Below, in pieces: positions 1 to 12,214 of a DNA stretch of 64,000 nt. The first letter of the stretch is position 1. Each line of letters opens with the position of its first letter. The notes below the pieces were generated by a model. That model worked only from the letters and a program-made list of their open reading frames with translations, was not told the origin of the DNA and did not search any database. Both the position numbers and the translations under genes were made by a program. The DNA is from Azolla caroliniana (Eukaryota; Plantae; Polypodiophyta). Location: assembly GCA_043228905.1 (NCBI GenBank), contig JBHGNT010000002.1:24056001-24120000 (forward strand), written 5' to 3'.

Positions 1-435
1 GCCGGACCGGTTTCGAGCCATTCCCGGGTTTCTTCCCTTCGCCCTTGCGGTGCCGGTTCAAGCCTCCTTGCTGTGACAGAGCCCGCACCAGCCGCCTCGT
101 TGTCAGCCCATTCTCGTCGTTTGTCGAAACGGCCACAGACTCTCTTAACCGCAGCCCAGTCGGTCGTCAGGCCGTCTTCGGTTTCCAGTAAGGAGCCGAC
201 TTCATCCCGGTCCCGCTCGTCCACTGACTTGACGAACAGTAGGACCCGGCTCGTATCCAGAACGGTTCGGTCAAGCGTCGAAAGGCGCGCAAAGCGTTCT
301 TCGAACTCCCGGAGGAGTGCCGACGCGTTTCTTCCCTTGCCGGGGGACTCCACCCATTCCATGAAGTCCCGTTTCGAAAGCCGGAGCGCGTCTTCTAGCC
401 CATATTTCTCTAGGAGTCGGCCTTCGAACTCCTCC
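1..435 (-). pseudogene. Ty3/Gypsy gag fragment (Trp-PBS family), runs off window
   Basis: Minus strand reads EEFEGRLLEKYGLEDALRLSKRDFMEWVE...LLREFEERFARLS...DGLTTDWAAVKRVC, homologous to the gag ORFs at 36027-36887 and 58524-59150. Confidence 0.85.
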
Positions 436-967
436 TAGGTACGGTTCTTCGACACAAAGACGCGAGTGGGACAGCGACACAGAGAGACACGAATGTATGT
501 ATGTATTAACAAAGACAAAACAACAAGAAGCCCAAGGTCGGTTACAACCGAACAGGCCGGCGAACAGATGCCGATGCCTGTTCGTAAACGCGCAGAAAGG
601 AAAGAGTAGGTTGGAGGTGCTGCCGGAAGCACTCGGGCATTCCTCAGAGTAGCGCGAGCCTCCCGAAAACATGCACAGAAAGCAGCCATGGAGTTTGCGA
701 GCCAGAGAGAGAGAGAAGCCTTCGCCCACCAACCGACAGCACTTCGTCCTCGACTCTCCGCAATCCCTTCCTCCTCCTCGTCTCCCTCCTTTTATAGGCA
801 AGAAGGGGGCCGTTTCCTATTAACTTCCTACCTACCGAATCTACCTACCTAGGATCTCCCATGTCCCTTATTCTCTCCTATGTACAACACAAGGCATGCG
901 TGCATGAAGAGCCGGTTCCTATGCTCCGACGCACCGATTCCGCTTGTGGATGGTTTTCTTCACGACA
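436..967 (-). mobile_element. Partial Gypsy LTR (U3/R portion), joined directly to mid-gag by a deletion
   Basis: Minus strand starts TGTCGTGAAGAAAACC at 967, like the LTR starts at 35329 and 59950; TATAAAA at about 790-797 (minus); PBS and gag start are missing. Confidence 0.7.
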
Positions 968-2626
968 ACGTCACCATAGCGCATCCCTAACTAATACAGT
1001 TTGCACATGTGGGTGCCCAATCTGTCGATCAAGCCCGCAAGAGGAGTGTAAATCATCTGAGCACGTTATCTCTTCCATGAGTTATTTATTAGATTCAATA
1101 TTGTGTCCGAGAGAAACTGACGCTATCTTCCATATTCATAAATGTGTCATGGGTTTATGTCAAGATTGTGGCTCTACTAGATTTAGGTGGTGTCCAAATG
1201 AATTGAGTAGTGAAATATTGATCTCTGTGAAGTTCTTTGAGTCAGTGAACACCAATTTCGAAGGAAAGGTGTGTAAAAGAAAGGATCTAGTTCGGAAGAT
1301 GCTTAAACCAAGGGATTTGGTGTCTCTGTTTGTAGTATCTCTAGGAAAGTTCATTAGACACAACTTCATTTATTCATGGCAGGCCCATCAGTTTAAGACT
1401 TGCATATCTGATTTCCCAAATGATGTAGTAGTCTCAGTAGTAGATTTCGCAGAGAATTATACTTTCAAGCAGCAGAATGAAATTCAATCTATGCATTGGT
1501 GTTCAGTTCAAGTAACCATTTTTGTGCACATAACATATTTTCGAGTTTCAGGTGATGTTAAAAAAGTAATTCATTTCTTTATTTCTGATGATAAGAAGCA
1601 TGATACCTTGTTCGTCCAACACTGTTTTAAGTTACATTGGCAGTGGTTATTAGCTCAACGTTTGGAGCTTACTCAACATTGGGTATGGTCTAACGGAGCT
1701 GCGTCACAATTAAAGGCTCGACGCCCATTTTATTTTGTGGGGAGGTATCCTGCTATAACAGGTTTGGAGATGAGATGGAATTTTTTTGGGTCTGGCCATG
1801 GTAAAGGTGAACATGATGGTGCAGGGGTTGTTATAAAGCGAGCACTTACCCATGAACAACTAAAGACAGATGGTGTGCACATGTAGTTGAATTTTTAAGA
1901 ACAAATATGTCAACGAGTGCAACATGTGTTTATTCCTCGCAAGTCCAAGATATCAAACGTGAATTTTGGGAAGTGAAGATAGATGAAGTAAATAGGGAGA
2001 AGACCTGGGAGTGCCAAGGAATTCCCAAATTGCGATCTCTGCATGCTCTTCGCGGTTATTCCAGGTTGGATGGTCATTGTATTGCGGTTAGAGAATTGAC
2101 TTGTTTTTGCTTCCATTGTGTGCAGGGAAATTGGAGATATTGTCTAAACAAAGCATACATTCAGAATTGGGAGTATCACACTCTGAATGATAAGGAAGCA
2201 GTTGATGGAGAAACAGGGTAGAATGCTGACTTCAGATATGAGGGACTTGGAGATACTTTGAGTGATGTTCTGAACGTTCGGGATAACTTCGCTGTAAATG
2301 CTCAAGAAGGCAATTCAGAGGGTGTTGATTTCTATATATTGAAGTGCACGGTTAGTAAACAATGTGCAAGGCAGACTATTGTAGATGCATGGGGAAATTT
2401 TGTATCTGTCGGGATATTCTACATCGAAGGCATTTTTTCTGCAAAACTAGATGACTACGAATATGTGTACAGGCTATTAGAAGACAAACCAACGACGTAC
2501 ATGTACTCTCATTTGGTCAGGTGCATCAACGTCCCAATGTCAGAATACAATAGCTGCTCAGGTTTATACACTGTTGGTGCTAATGTGTATGAATGTATTT
2601 ACAATAGTATGCCATGGAATTTGTAG
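968..2626 (+). pseudogene. Decayed DDD-type DNA transposase, Sola2-like; N-terminus cut off by the LTR insertion
   Basis: Motifs VVDFAENY, EIQSMHW, SNGAASQLK (SDG with D>N), FFGSGHGKGEHDGAG and C-terminal RELTCFCFHCVQG; stop/frameshift near 1884-1906 and in-frame TAG at 2219; the superfamily label is from recalled motifs. Confidence 0.7.
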
Positions 2627-2974
2627 CTACAAGTAGTAATTACCATGTTCTCTTGTAAAACAAACATGTATTTCGCGAAAACAGTTAAATAAATTCGTTT
2701 GAGAATCAATTTCTTGTATACAGTTTGCTTTCTGTGCTTCTTTCTCAATAAAATCATGTCTTTTTTGTTAAGTTTTAAGTTTTAAGTTATAGCGAAATAG
2801 TCATCAGTAGCTAATTAGCTGTACAAATGCAGCTAATTAGCTGTCAATAGCTAAATAGTCATCAATAGCATGAAATCAACAATCTGCAACATATTCCTCA
2901 AATTACACAGTAGATAAGTACATTGGGAACAAGTAATTAAATTCTTCATTGAATAATGTCATCTCTTTACATAT

Positions 2975-3637
2975 TTATAAATTACCATTGGAAATGTCTA
3001 CAAATCTCCTATAAACAGCTAAGCTCTTGCTAGTCAGTGGAAAGAGTCTACATATATTATTTGCATATCGATCTCGGTATGGAGTCCACAACCATGCACC
3101 TAGTTGGCAGCTCACTGTTTGCACCAGGTACTGTTCAGGCATTTCCTCGGGTAGAATGAGACAGCATCTCTGAATATTGAAGTAGTGTCGGAAATGTTCT
3201 ATATCCAAAATCAATGTATTGTCGGCATTATATTCAGACCAAGTAGCCCAAAAATCAGAAAGTCTCTTGAATCTTGCAGCTTCCATTTGCTCACAATTTT
3301 CTCGTGCCTATTGACCTTTAAAACGACTTCGCCATTTTGGGAAGAATCTTGCTAAACACTTCCACACATCTGATTTTGGTTTTCCACTCCAAATAAACAA
3401 ATCAAAGTATTGCACAACCCACTCTAGAAACTGATTCGCGTCCCTTCTTGGCTGCATATATCTCACACTCATCAAGACTTTATCAAGCTGCAAGATCAAG
3501 GCTCTTCTTTCGACTTCTAGTGGTTTAGGTTTCCATTCTTGAAACTGAGCCGTTGTTACACCATTTTCTGGTAGGACACGATCAATCTCAATCAGCTCAG
3601 GTTCGGCCGACACAACTGGCGTCCTTTTCCTCTTCAA
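2975..3637 (-). pseudogene. FCP1/SCP (NIF, HAD-like) phosphatase-like domain with degenerate catalytic motif; 3' part of cargo gene
   Basis: ALILQLDKVL...RRDANQFLEWVVQYFDLFIWS...KRLSDFW...YNADNTLILD follows the NIF-domain pattern (LVLDLDxTL..RP..FL....F.+.IWS..K.L..+W....NT++ID); ORFs 3308-3637 and 2975-3286 are in frame across a TAG at 3308-3310. Confidence 0.6.
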
Positions 3638-3764
3638 ACCCCTAGTCGACTATGTTGGGCTTGGCTTCACATTCTGGTGCTCTTGTTTTGTCGACTTAGT
3701 TATCAATCCTTGGATTACCTCCGTGCATGTAGCTACTGATCTGCTCGATATCAGTCCACTGGTA

Positions 3765-3890
3765 TCACATGATGCATCTACTTGCAACACCAAGTCATCT
3801 GTGCAACATGCTGCATCTACCTGCAACACCAAGTCATTTGTGCAACATGCTTGATCAACTTGTGTGACCAGATCACTTGTGTCAGTTGCT
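3765..3890 (-). repeat. 39-bp coding tandem repeat (VDAACCTDDLVLQ, about 3 copies)
   Basis: gcatctac(t/c)tgcaacaccaagtcat recurs with 39-nt period inside ORF 3650-4069. Confidence 0.8.
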
Positions 3891-4789
3891 ACATCTACTT
3901 TCAAGATGGGGCCCTTTAAACATGCCGCAACATCAACAGTATCCACACTGCCATTGGCCTTACGAGCAATAGAATCAAACCCTTTAGACTCTACAACATC
4001 AGAAAACACCAACATATTCACACTCACAAAGTAACTAACAGTCTCACAAAACAACATCCTGAACATCAAAGAGTTTCAGTCATAGAACAACACTCTTCAA
4101 ATTATCTTGGAAAAACATCATAGAGTTCCATTACATAATGTGGATCAAGCAACAACCAATCTGAGGTTTTACTTGTCCAACAGGATAGTAAAACTTCATA
4201 AAACCCTAGCAAAATCCCTAAGCTAACAATCATATCCAACTAAACAGTATTTCGCTCCACTACGTCTGGGCCCCTTGACCGAGTAACTAGTCTTGTTCCT
4301 AATCGTGGCCCCTTCTTCAGCCTTTTTCGGGCCGGTTGCCCATTTAGCCTTGCTTCTTTCACCCAATGCGCAAGTGTGTCCTCCTCCGACAACCTTCCCA
4401 TCGCCTCAACAGCTAATTGCACATCAGCTGTTTCTTGAATTAGCTTTTCAAGTACAGAGGGATCTGTTTGGACATTTTCAGTAGTAGGGCTCGGTGGGGT
4501 GGAATCAAGGTCTTGAGATTCGAAGAAATGTTGCATCAAGTGTTCATAAACACTGTTGTTGTGAACCTCAGTTTTACATGTTGTTTCCACTATTTCATGG
4601 CATTTCACATCATTGCCTAATTCAGAACACTGTTCCAAAAGAATAGGGTGGAGCTAATCTGAAGGAGATGTGATAGCAGGACTCTTACTTTCAGCCACGT
4701 TGGCAGCAGTATCCTCATCTGTTGCAGCGTCATCAGCACCAGACACATCATGTGCCGTCCTTAATCCACAAGATTCTACAATAACATGG

Positions 4790-6122
4790 TAGCTATTTAG
4801 GATAGCTAATTAGCTACTTTACTAAACTATGGTAGAAGCTAGGATAGCTAATTAGCTAGTACGATAGCTAATTAGGATAGCTAATTAGCTAATACGATAG
4901 CTAATTAGCTACTTTACTCAACTATGGTAGTAGCTAGGATAGCTAATTAGCTACTATGGTAGCTAATTAGCTACTTTACTCAACTATGGTAATAGCTAGG
5001 ATAGCTAATTAGCTACTTTACTCAACTATGGTAGTAGCTAGGATAGCTAATTAGCTACTTTACTAACTATGTTAGTAGCTAGGATAGCTAATTAGCTACT
5101 TTACTCAACTATGGTAGTAGCTAGGATAGCTAATTAGCTACTTTACTAACTATGGTAGTAGCTAGGATAGCTAATTAGCTACTTTACTCAACTATGGTAG
5201 TAGCTAGGATAGCTAATTAGCTACTTTACTCAACTATGGTAGTAGCTAGGATAGCTAATTAGCTACTTTACTCAACTATGGTAGTAGCTAGGATAGCTAA
5301 TTAGCTACTTTACTCAACTATGGTAGTAGCTAGGATAGCTAATTAGCTACAATGATAGCTAATTAGCTACTTTCTCAACTATGTAGTAGCTAGGATAGCT
5401 TATTAGCTACTAGGATAGCTAATTAGCTGCTAGTAGCTAATTAGCTACTAGGATAGCTAATTGGTTACCAGTAGCTATATAGCTAGTAGGATAGATAATT
5501 AGCTTTTTGACACAACTATGGTACTAACTAATTAGCTAGTACCATAGCTAATTAGCTACTAGGATAGCTAATTAGCTGCCAATAGCTATTTAGCTACAAG
5601 GATAGCTTATTAGCTACTTTACACAACTATGGCAGTAGCTAATTAGCTAGTAGGATAGCTAATTAGGTACTAGGATAGCTAATAAGTTGACAGTAGCTAA
5701 TTAGCTAGTAGGATAGCTAATTAGCTTTTCTACACAACTATGGTACTAACTAATTAGCTAGTACCATAGCTAATTAGCTACTAGGATAGCTAATTAGCTG
5801 CCAGTAGCTAACTAGCTGCCAATAGCTAATTAGCTACTTTACACAACTATGGTGCTAGCTAATTAGCTATGAGTAGCTTATTAGCTAGTAGCTAACTAGC
5901 TGCCAGTAGCTAATTAGCTACTTTACACAACTATGGTGCTAGCTAATTAGCTATGAGTAGCTAATTAGCTAGTAGCTAATTAACTACTCTAGTAAACTAT
6001 GGCAGCAACTAATTAACTAATAGGATAGCTATTAGCTGCTTTAATCAACTATGGTAGTAGCTAATTAGCTACAACGATAGCAGCAAAATAGTTTCCATAC
6101 TTTTTACGGCTTAGCTAATTAG
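4790..6122. repeat. Minisatellite array built on the 14-bp palindrome TAGCTAATTAGCTA (core unit 41-42 bp)
   Basis: Unit tagctaggatagctaattagctactttact(c)aactatggtag repeated homogeneously at about 4960-5350, degenerate on both flanks; same motif at 2808-2845 and 8502-8541. Confidence 0.95.
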
Positions 6123-6137
6123 AAAAGACTAAGCTTA

Positions 6138-6467
6138 TTAGCTACAGTATGGTAGAGTTGTACTGCAATCTCCGAAATAGAATGCAGTAATTCGACAGGC
6201 ATGTTGAAAACAAAGCAGATGGTATGTGTGGTTGCATGGTTGTAGGTGAACCAACAAAGACGCAGTTTTGTCCTCCACACCTAACCCGCAAGCGATGCAA
6301 CGTGCTTGAACTGTCAATAAATCATTTTCTGGTTCTCCTTCATTTGGTAAGGGAGCAAGAATGTTCAGGTCCAAATCCTGTCTGGTCCTTACCATCCCCT
6401 CCACAAAATGTAGCTGCTTCTTAAGACAGCTAACTACCTGTTCTTGATGAATGTATTGTTCCTTCAA
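6138..6467 (-). pseudogene. RING-H2-like zinc finger exon
   Basis: CIAC-x17-CNH-TYH-LLC-x10-(Y)FGDC; seventh ligand appears mutated C>Y. Confidence 0.6.
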
Positions 6468-7439
6468 CGCAACAGAGAAATTTACCGATTAATTATTCCT
6501 GTTGTTGAAAGATACACCAACTTTGCTCAAGAATCATTAACTTACTTGAAGCTTATCCAAATTGTAATCTGCAACAGTATTTACACCTAGAAGGTCTAGG
6601 TTCATTGAAAGAACCTGGATCTCTATTTGCAGTTGTATTTTCCGCTGGGGATCCAGTGGCCCCTCTAATTCAAGCTCCTATTGCGCAACCTATTCCAGAT
6701 AATGCTTGATTGACACAATCACATACCAGCAAAACAATAGTTACCTGAATCTTATTTCTAATCATTGTAACAACGGAAGTAACTTTGCTCTCCATTGCAG
6801 AAGCCATTGTGGCTTTCTCTAAATCAGTCTTAAAAAATGCCAATGTCTCACAGGCTTCATGGACATTTTTTAGCATATAGCTAACGAATGTCTCACCTGT
6901 ATCATCGACATTGGCTTTCCTTGGGTGTCGGTGTGGTGTATGCCCCCGGTCTTGCTGGGAGTCGGCAGTTGCATCAACAGCTGCCATGCTCCAAAATCTG
7001 TCTATTTTTTGTGCCAAGGTCCTCATCTTTCGGCATCTTTTTACTGATGCCTCACCATAGACTGCCCAAGCTACCCTATACATTTCAGGGTCTCTGGATT
7101 CCTTCGTTGTTTTGCAGTACTCATATGCAAATGCTCTAGCAAATGAAACTGTCAACTCATTGTTGACTGGGATCTCCTGATGAACTTTCTGGTGCAGCCT
7201 CATGCAGTCATCGTACAAGTCGGCTCGTACATGCTTTAGCTTGACCTTGCCTTTGACTCTAGGCACTGTATATATTGTCATCCAGTCTACATCACTGATC
7301 AATTTATCAATTAGGACAGCAGGGTCAACACCCTCGAGTGACAGACCATAGGTGTTGTGGAAGTCCTCCTTTGTCACGCAAAATTTTGCGAAGTTTATCA
7401 CTCTCGGATACGGAGGAACGAGCCATCTGAAATATCATT

Positions 7440-8020
7440 TCAGAAATCAGAAATAGTGCAAAATCAGAATATGTCAGAATCAAAAACCCCAATCAACAAC
7501 AACAGAAATAGTGCAAAATCTTTAACTTAGCAAATCAGAAACCCTAATCATAATTTGTATTCAGGAATTTGAAATCAAAAACCCTAATCAAAATCTATAA
7601 TCAGAAGTTTGAAATCAGAAACCCTAATCAAAATCTGTAATCAGAAGTTTGTAATCAGAAACCCTATTCAGAAATTCTAATAAGAAATTTATAATCAAAA
7701 ACCCTAATTAGAAATTTCAATCAGAAACCCTAATCAAAAATTTCAATCACAAACCCTAATCAAAAATCCTAAACAGAAATTTATAAACAAAAACCCTATT
7801 CAGAAATTCTAATAAGAAATTCTAATCTATAATCAAAATTTGTAACCAGAAACCCTATTAAAAAATTCTAATCAGATATTTATAATCAAAAACCCTAATC
7901 AGAAATTTCAATTAGAAACCCTAATCAGAAATTTCAATCACAAACCCTAATTAGAAATTCTAATCAGAAATTTATAAACAGAAACCCTAATCAGAAATTT
8001 CAATCAGAAACCCCAATCAT
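7440..8020. repeat. Degenerate tandem array of AAACCCTAATCAGAAATTT units (telo-box / plant telomere motif)
   Basis: More than a dozen aaaccctaa/aaaccctat cores at roughly 25-40 bp spacing. Confidence 0.9.
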
Positions 8021-8540
8021 CACTAAACACAGGATTAAACACAAAAAAAGTAATATAAACACACCTGCTGCTACTCCCTGATCTGCAAGACATCCTTGTA
8101 TGGGACTCCAAGGACTTCGCCCTATTTGATTTTGGGGAAATATGAATCGGCACCAAAGTTTAGAGAGTAGTAAAAAAGACAAAACAAATGTTTGGGGTTT
8201 CTGTAACTGAAACATACCTGGACGATGATCGAGCGGGTTCTGTGTTGTAGCTCTCAATCTGCAATGTCGATTTTCTGCTGTTGCGGGAGCTATGTGTACG
8301 TTCGTGCTTTGAGTACTCCATCTGCGTTCAAAATCAAACTTAGGCTAAACAGGAAATTGATGACATTGAAGTCGACCTTAGATGATGGTGCTATTCCCCA
8401 AGTTCCACTACGTCTGAAACAAAAGTTCAAATATTTGAGTTTTTTCATAAATTAGTTTTTCAAATATTTGATTTTCCCACAAAAAAGACTAGCTAAACAA
8501 ATAGCTAATTAGCTATGGCCATTTTAGTAGCTAATTAGCT

Positions 8541-11150
8541 ATAATAGTGTTTCCACTCGCATGCTTTTACCCAACACCTTCTTAACATGTAACTTGTGCA
8601 CTTCCAATATTTTGCTATAGATGAGCAAATCATGTATGTATAGGATGACAAACTCATCAAGAAAAGCACAACATAGATCATTGCCCAAGCGGCTGAATGT
8701 TCCTGGTGCACCGGTGAGCCCAAAACTCATAACCAGCCATTCATAACTGCCATACCTTGTCCGAAAATCTATTTTCTCAATGTCATCTTCAACAACTCGG
8801 ATTTGGCGGTATCCCGACCTCAAGTCGATGTGAATAAAAAATTGTGCACCAACCAATTGATCTAGTAAATCTTCAATGACTAGCAATGGATATTTACCTT
8901 TGATTGTTATCTTGTTGAGTGCTCAATAGTCCATGCACATTCACATTGTTCTATCCTTTTTTGTAACAAATATAACGGGTGCCCCGTATAGCGAATAACT
9001 CGGGCGGATGAAACCAGATGTCTCCAGCTCGATCAATTGCTTCTTCAATTCTGCTAATTGAGTTGCATTCAACTTGTATGGAGATTTAGCTAGTGGTGTG
9101 GTTCCCGATAATATGTTGATTTTGTGATAAATGGCTTTTTTAGGGGGTAGTCCAGGAGGTAACCTGGCTGTTAGCACATCATTAAATTCAGTTATTAGGT
9201 GTTGAATTACTAGATTACCTTTGTGTCCTTCCAATGTTGTATTTGCTTGATGGCGGACAATTGTGGTACATAAAAGTAATTGCCCTTTCCATTCCATGCT
9301 TCTGCTTCAATCTGAATTTAGTGACGCACTGGAGAGTGATAAAGTTATGTGTTGCTCCACTATCAATCATGGCATCGCAAGCATGACCATTGATCTTGGT
9401 TGCCAAGTACAAATTATCAATGTGAGAGACACCCACAACAAAACAAAGGGGTTTTATCTTTGTTGGCCCTGTCGTGACCTCCATTACCCCATCCTCCACC
9501 TCATCAAGAATGTCGAGAGGTTCATTGTTGTTGTTGTCCAATCCCTCATCAATATCCCTAACATTGGCTTGGGCTACCACGACTTTTGGTGATTTCCTTC
9601 GAGGACATTCAGATGGTAAGTGTGAGACCGCCGCATCCAAAACAGCCCCTTCGAAGATTTGGGAGTCTTTCTGCATTTGATGTGGATGCGATGATCTTTC
9701 ATGCTCCACCACTACCCCCCAAATTATCTTTGGACATAGTAGGTGATATGTTGAAGACTCTTTTCCCTTCACTACTAAAATCGTGTCTCATAGGGAAGTT
9801 GATGGATGATTTCATGGCTCAAAATGGCTGTTGAAGTTCTTCGAAATCACCAATTCGTTCATCCAGTTGAACCGCCATCTCCAAATTCATTGGTTGTTGC
9901 TTTTCAATCTCCATCCCAATTTTAGATCTTAAACCAACAAATGAGGAAGTTGTTCAGCATGAGTTGTCTATACTTGTTGATAAACTCCCCTCTCTTTGCC
10001 CTAATTTCCTCCATTCATCCATCAAACAAGTTGTTTCATTTGGTGGGATAAATTATTGCCGCATTCGAGTTGTGAAGGCTTGCCATCCCATGAACTGATA
10101 TGTGTTCTCTTTGACAAGATACCAATTTAAGGCCGACCCTTCTAAAAAGTTTGTTATAGATATGATCCATTGGTCTTAAGATATACCACTTTGTCGAAGA
10201 AAGTGTTCTACCTCATGAACCCCACCCCACCTATTCAAGGCTAGTGATTTTCGTTCACCTGATTACATCCGAGGTTTGATTGGCATGAACCTTCTGTGTC
10301 CCCCTTCTATGCCCCTATTTGCATTTATGAGGAGATCTAATATTTCTAATCGATCCTTTGGTGGGGATTGGTTGTGGCCATCATCCGTCTCCATGAGTCT
10401 TCTAGTTGTGTCTTCTCGTGACTCTTGCCCATCTACTTCCAACACTTCATGGAGAGATCTGAATTCGATTCACACGGTTTCTTCGAAATCATGTGAGGAT
10501 TTTCCTCTTGGTTGTTCCATTTGTTCACTACCATGCTCTAATATTTCTCGTGATTCAAATTACTCCACGATTTCTATATTTCCCCATTTGTCGAAGAGGG
10601 CGTGGTTCCCTGTCCATTCTCCTTCTATTATTGAACATATTTGCAGAAATTTCTTACTTGAGGGTGTGGTTGATCGAGTAGGTATGTTTTCGGTCGACGC
10701 TTCTTAGCCAATTAGCCGTATTTCTTGTAGATATGCTAGGATGTTCACCTCAGTTGTTGCAGGTGGTTTCTTCCTCTAGTGTTCGAGACAAGAAAAAATT
10801 GAAAAAAAAATCAGCCACCAATGTACCCTTCCACTCAATTTCTAGCCACCACTTCCACTATTGGCTGCCATGATTTGAGTTGTTGTTTGCGTCTCTCCTA
10901 TGTTGGTTGCTAGATCTTTCGATGCTTCTACACCTTCTCGGTGATGCACAAAACCCGCTCTGATACGAAGTATAACAAAGCACAGGAAAGAGAAAAGAGA
11001 ATTATAGAAAAGGGGTATTCAATCAATAAGAGAAAAGGGTATTTTGTATTAAAGAGGAAGTATTACATTGGGGACATCCCCTTAATTTCAAGAAACTAGC
11101 CCCCTAATTTCCACAACCCTATTTTGTATTTAAGAGGAAGTATTACATTG
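8541..11150 (-). mobile_element. Truncated Ty3/Gypsy element with chromovirus-type RT: 5' LTR remnant, PBS, gag, protease, N-terminal RT
   Basis: Protease AMIDSGATHNFI; RT IDLRSGYRQIRV...FRTRYGSYEWLVMSFGLTGAPGTF; Met-type PBS remnant (T)CGTATCAGAGC at 10957-10968; many frameshifts; RH and IN absent; right boundary approximate. Confidence 0.85.
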
Positions 11151-12214
11151 GTGCCAGAATCTAAGAGATGAAAACATGCGTTAGTTAATTCATATTTATT
11201 TAACTAATAAATGGCAAGGACAAAAAAGAAAAGGAAAAAGAAAACAAAAAGAAGAAGGAGAAGGAGAAGCAAGAGAAAAAGAGAAACCAGAATTTAATGT
11301 AGGTTGGGCCAAACCAGTTTAGGCATTAGTTTGGTTTGGTTCGGTCAAGGCTTAACCGGTTTGGCTTGGATAAGGCCACAAAATGTGCACCTCTTCATGT
11401 GAAGGGATAGGAAGGCGTACATTTATTTTCCTAAAACCAAAATACGAAAATAAGATCATACTAATAAGTTTTCTACATTAACATTATTCTAACAAATATG
11501 TTATTGATCACATAGTTCAATTGCAAACATATCTTCTTTTTTAATTAATCCAATCGTGATGAAATGTAACCAAATATAAACAATGCATTAAAGAAGTCGA
11601 GGGAATATTTCAAATGAACATGGATCGGTGTGGTTCACATATTAAATAAAGCCTTTGAATGTATTAGCTAGGTTTCTTAATCCAAGTTTTCATGTACTTA
11701 GGAGTCTCGAACTTTGAGAAATCATATGTATATATAAGTAAACATTCTTTAAGTTACAAATAGGAAGTTACTGACCTAATTACATAGGAGCTTCTTATTA
11801 TAGGTAGTATTTTCGTGCGACGACTAAGAGATAGTTTTTATTTCTCGGACCTTGAAATAAGGATAGATCTCCACATCTCTTGGATTGAAACTCATTCATC
11901 TCATACTTCCTATATCCAAATCTAAGTCCGAACTTACGCGCACAATCCTTAATTCATCACTCACCTTGATATCTCAAAATCTTGTTGTTAATCTTGTTCT
12001 CGAAAGTCTCGTCGAATTTCAGAGCTTGATTATTATATCTTCTTCTTCTTTAAATGGATCTCGAGTTTGTTGTGGACATATACTTTTCGTTTAAATTTAA
12101 CGTTTTCCATTGTCATATCAGCAATCACACATGTGCTCTTTGTCGTGCTACACATATTTTGTTTCAAATGTTTAGTCCATTCTTGTAGTTCGGTGTCGTG
12201 TGAGTTTGTCAAGA

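Larger units (their letters stand above)
2975..8321 (-). pseudogene. Predicted multi-exon cargo gene (N-terminal helical region, RING-H2, acidic linker, Cys/Thr repeats, FCP1-like domain)
   Basis: ATG at 8321; donor CAG|GTATGT at 8218/8217; acceptor TTTCAG at 7427 keeps frame into ORF 6670-7401; donors GTAACT (6744) and GTAAGT (about 6545); acceptor TTGTAG near 4778; ORFs 3650-4069, 3308-3637 and 2975-3286 are in frame across TAG codons. Internal splice sites are only partly resolved. Confidence 0.5.

Noticed and set aside
861-967. Start of the 341-aa ORF as the true transposase N-terminus
   Set aside because: These codons lie inside the LTR ending at 967; the fusion is accidental
4790-6122. 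Palindromic repeat array as a CRISPR
   Set aside because: The intervening sequences are themselves repeated rather than unique spacers, there are no cas genes, and the context is eukaryotic
7440-8020. True telomere or chromosome-fusion scar
   Set aside because: Motifs are single units separated by spacers, not contiguous (CCCTAAA)n tracts
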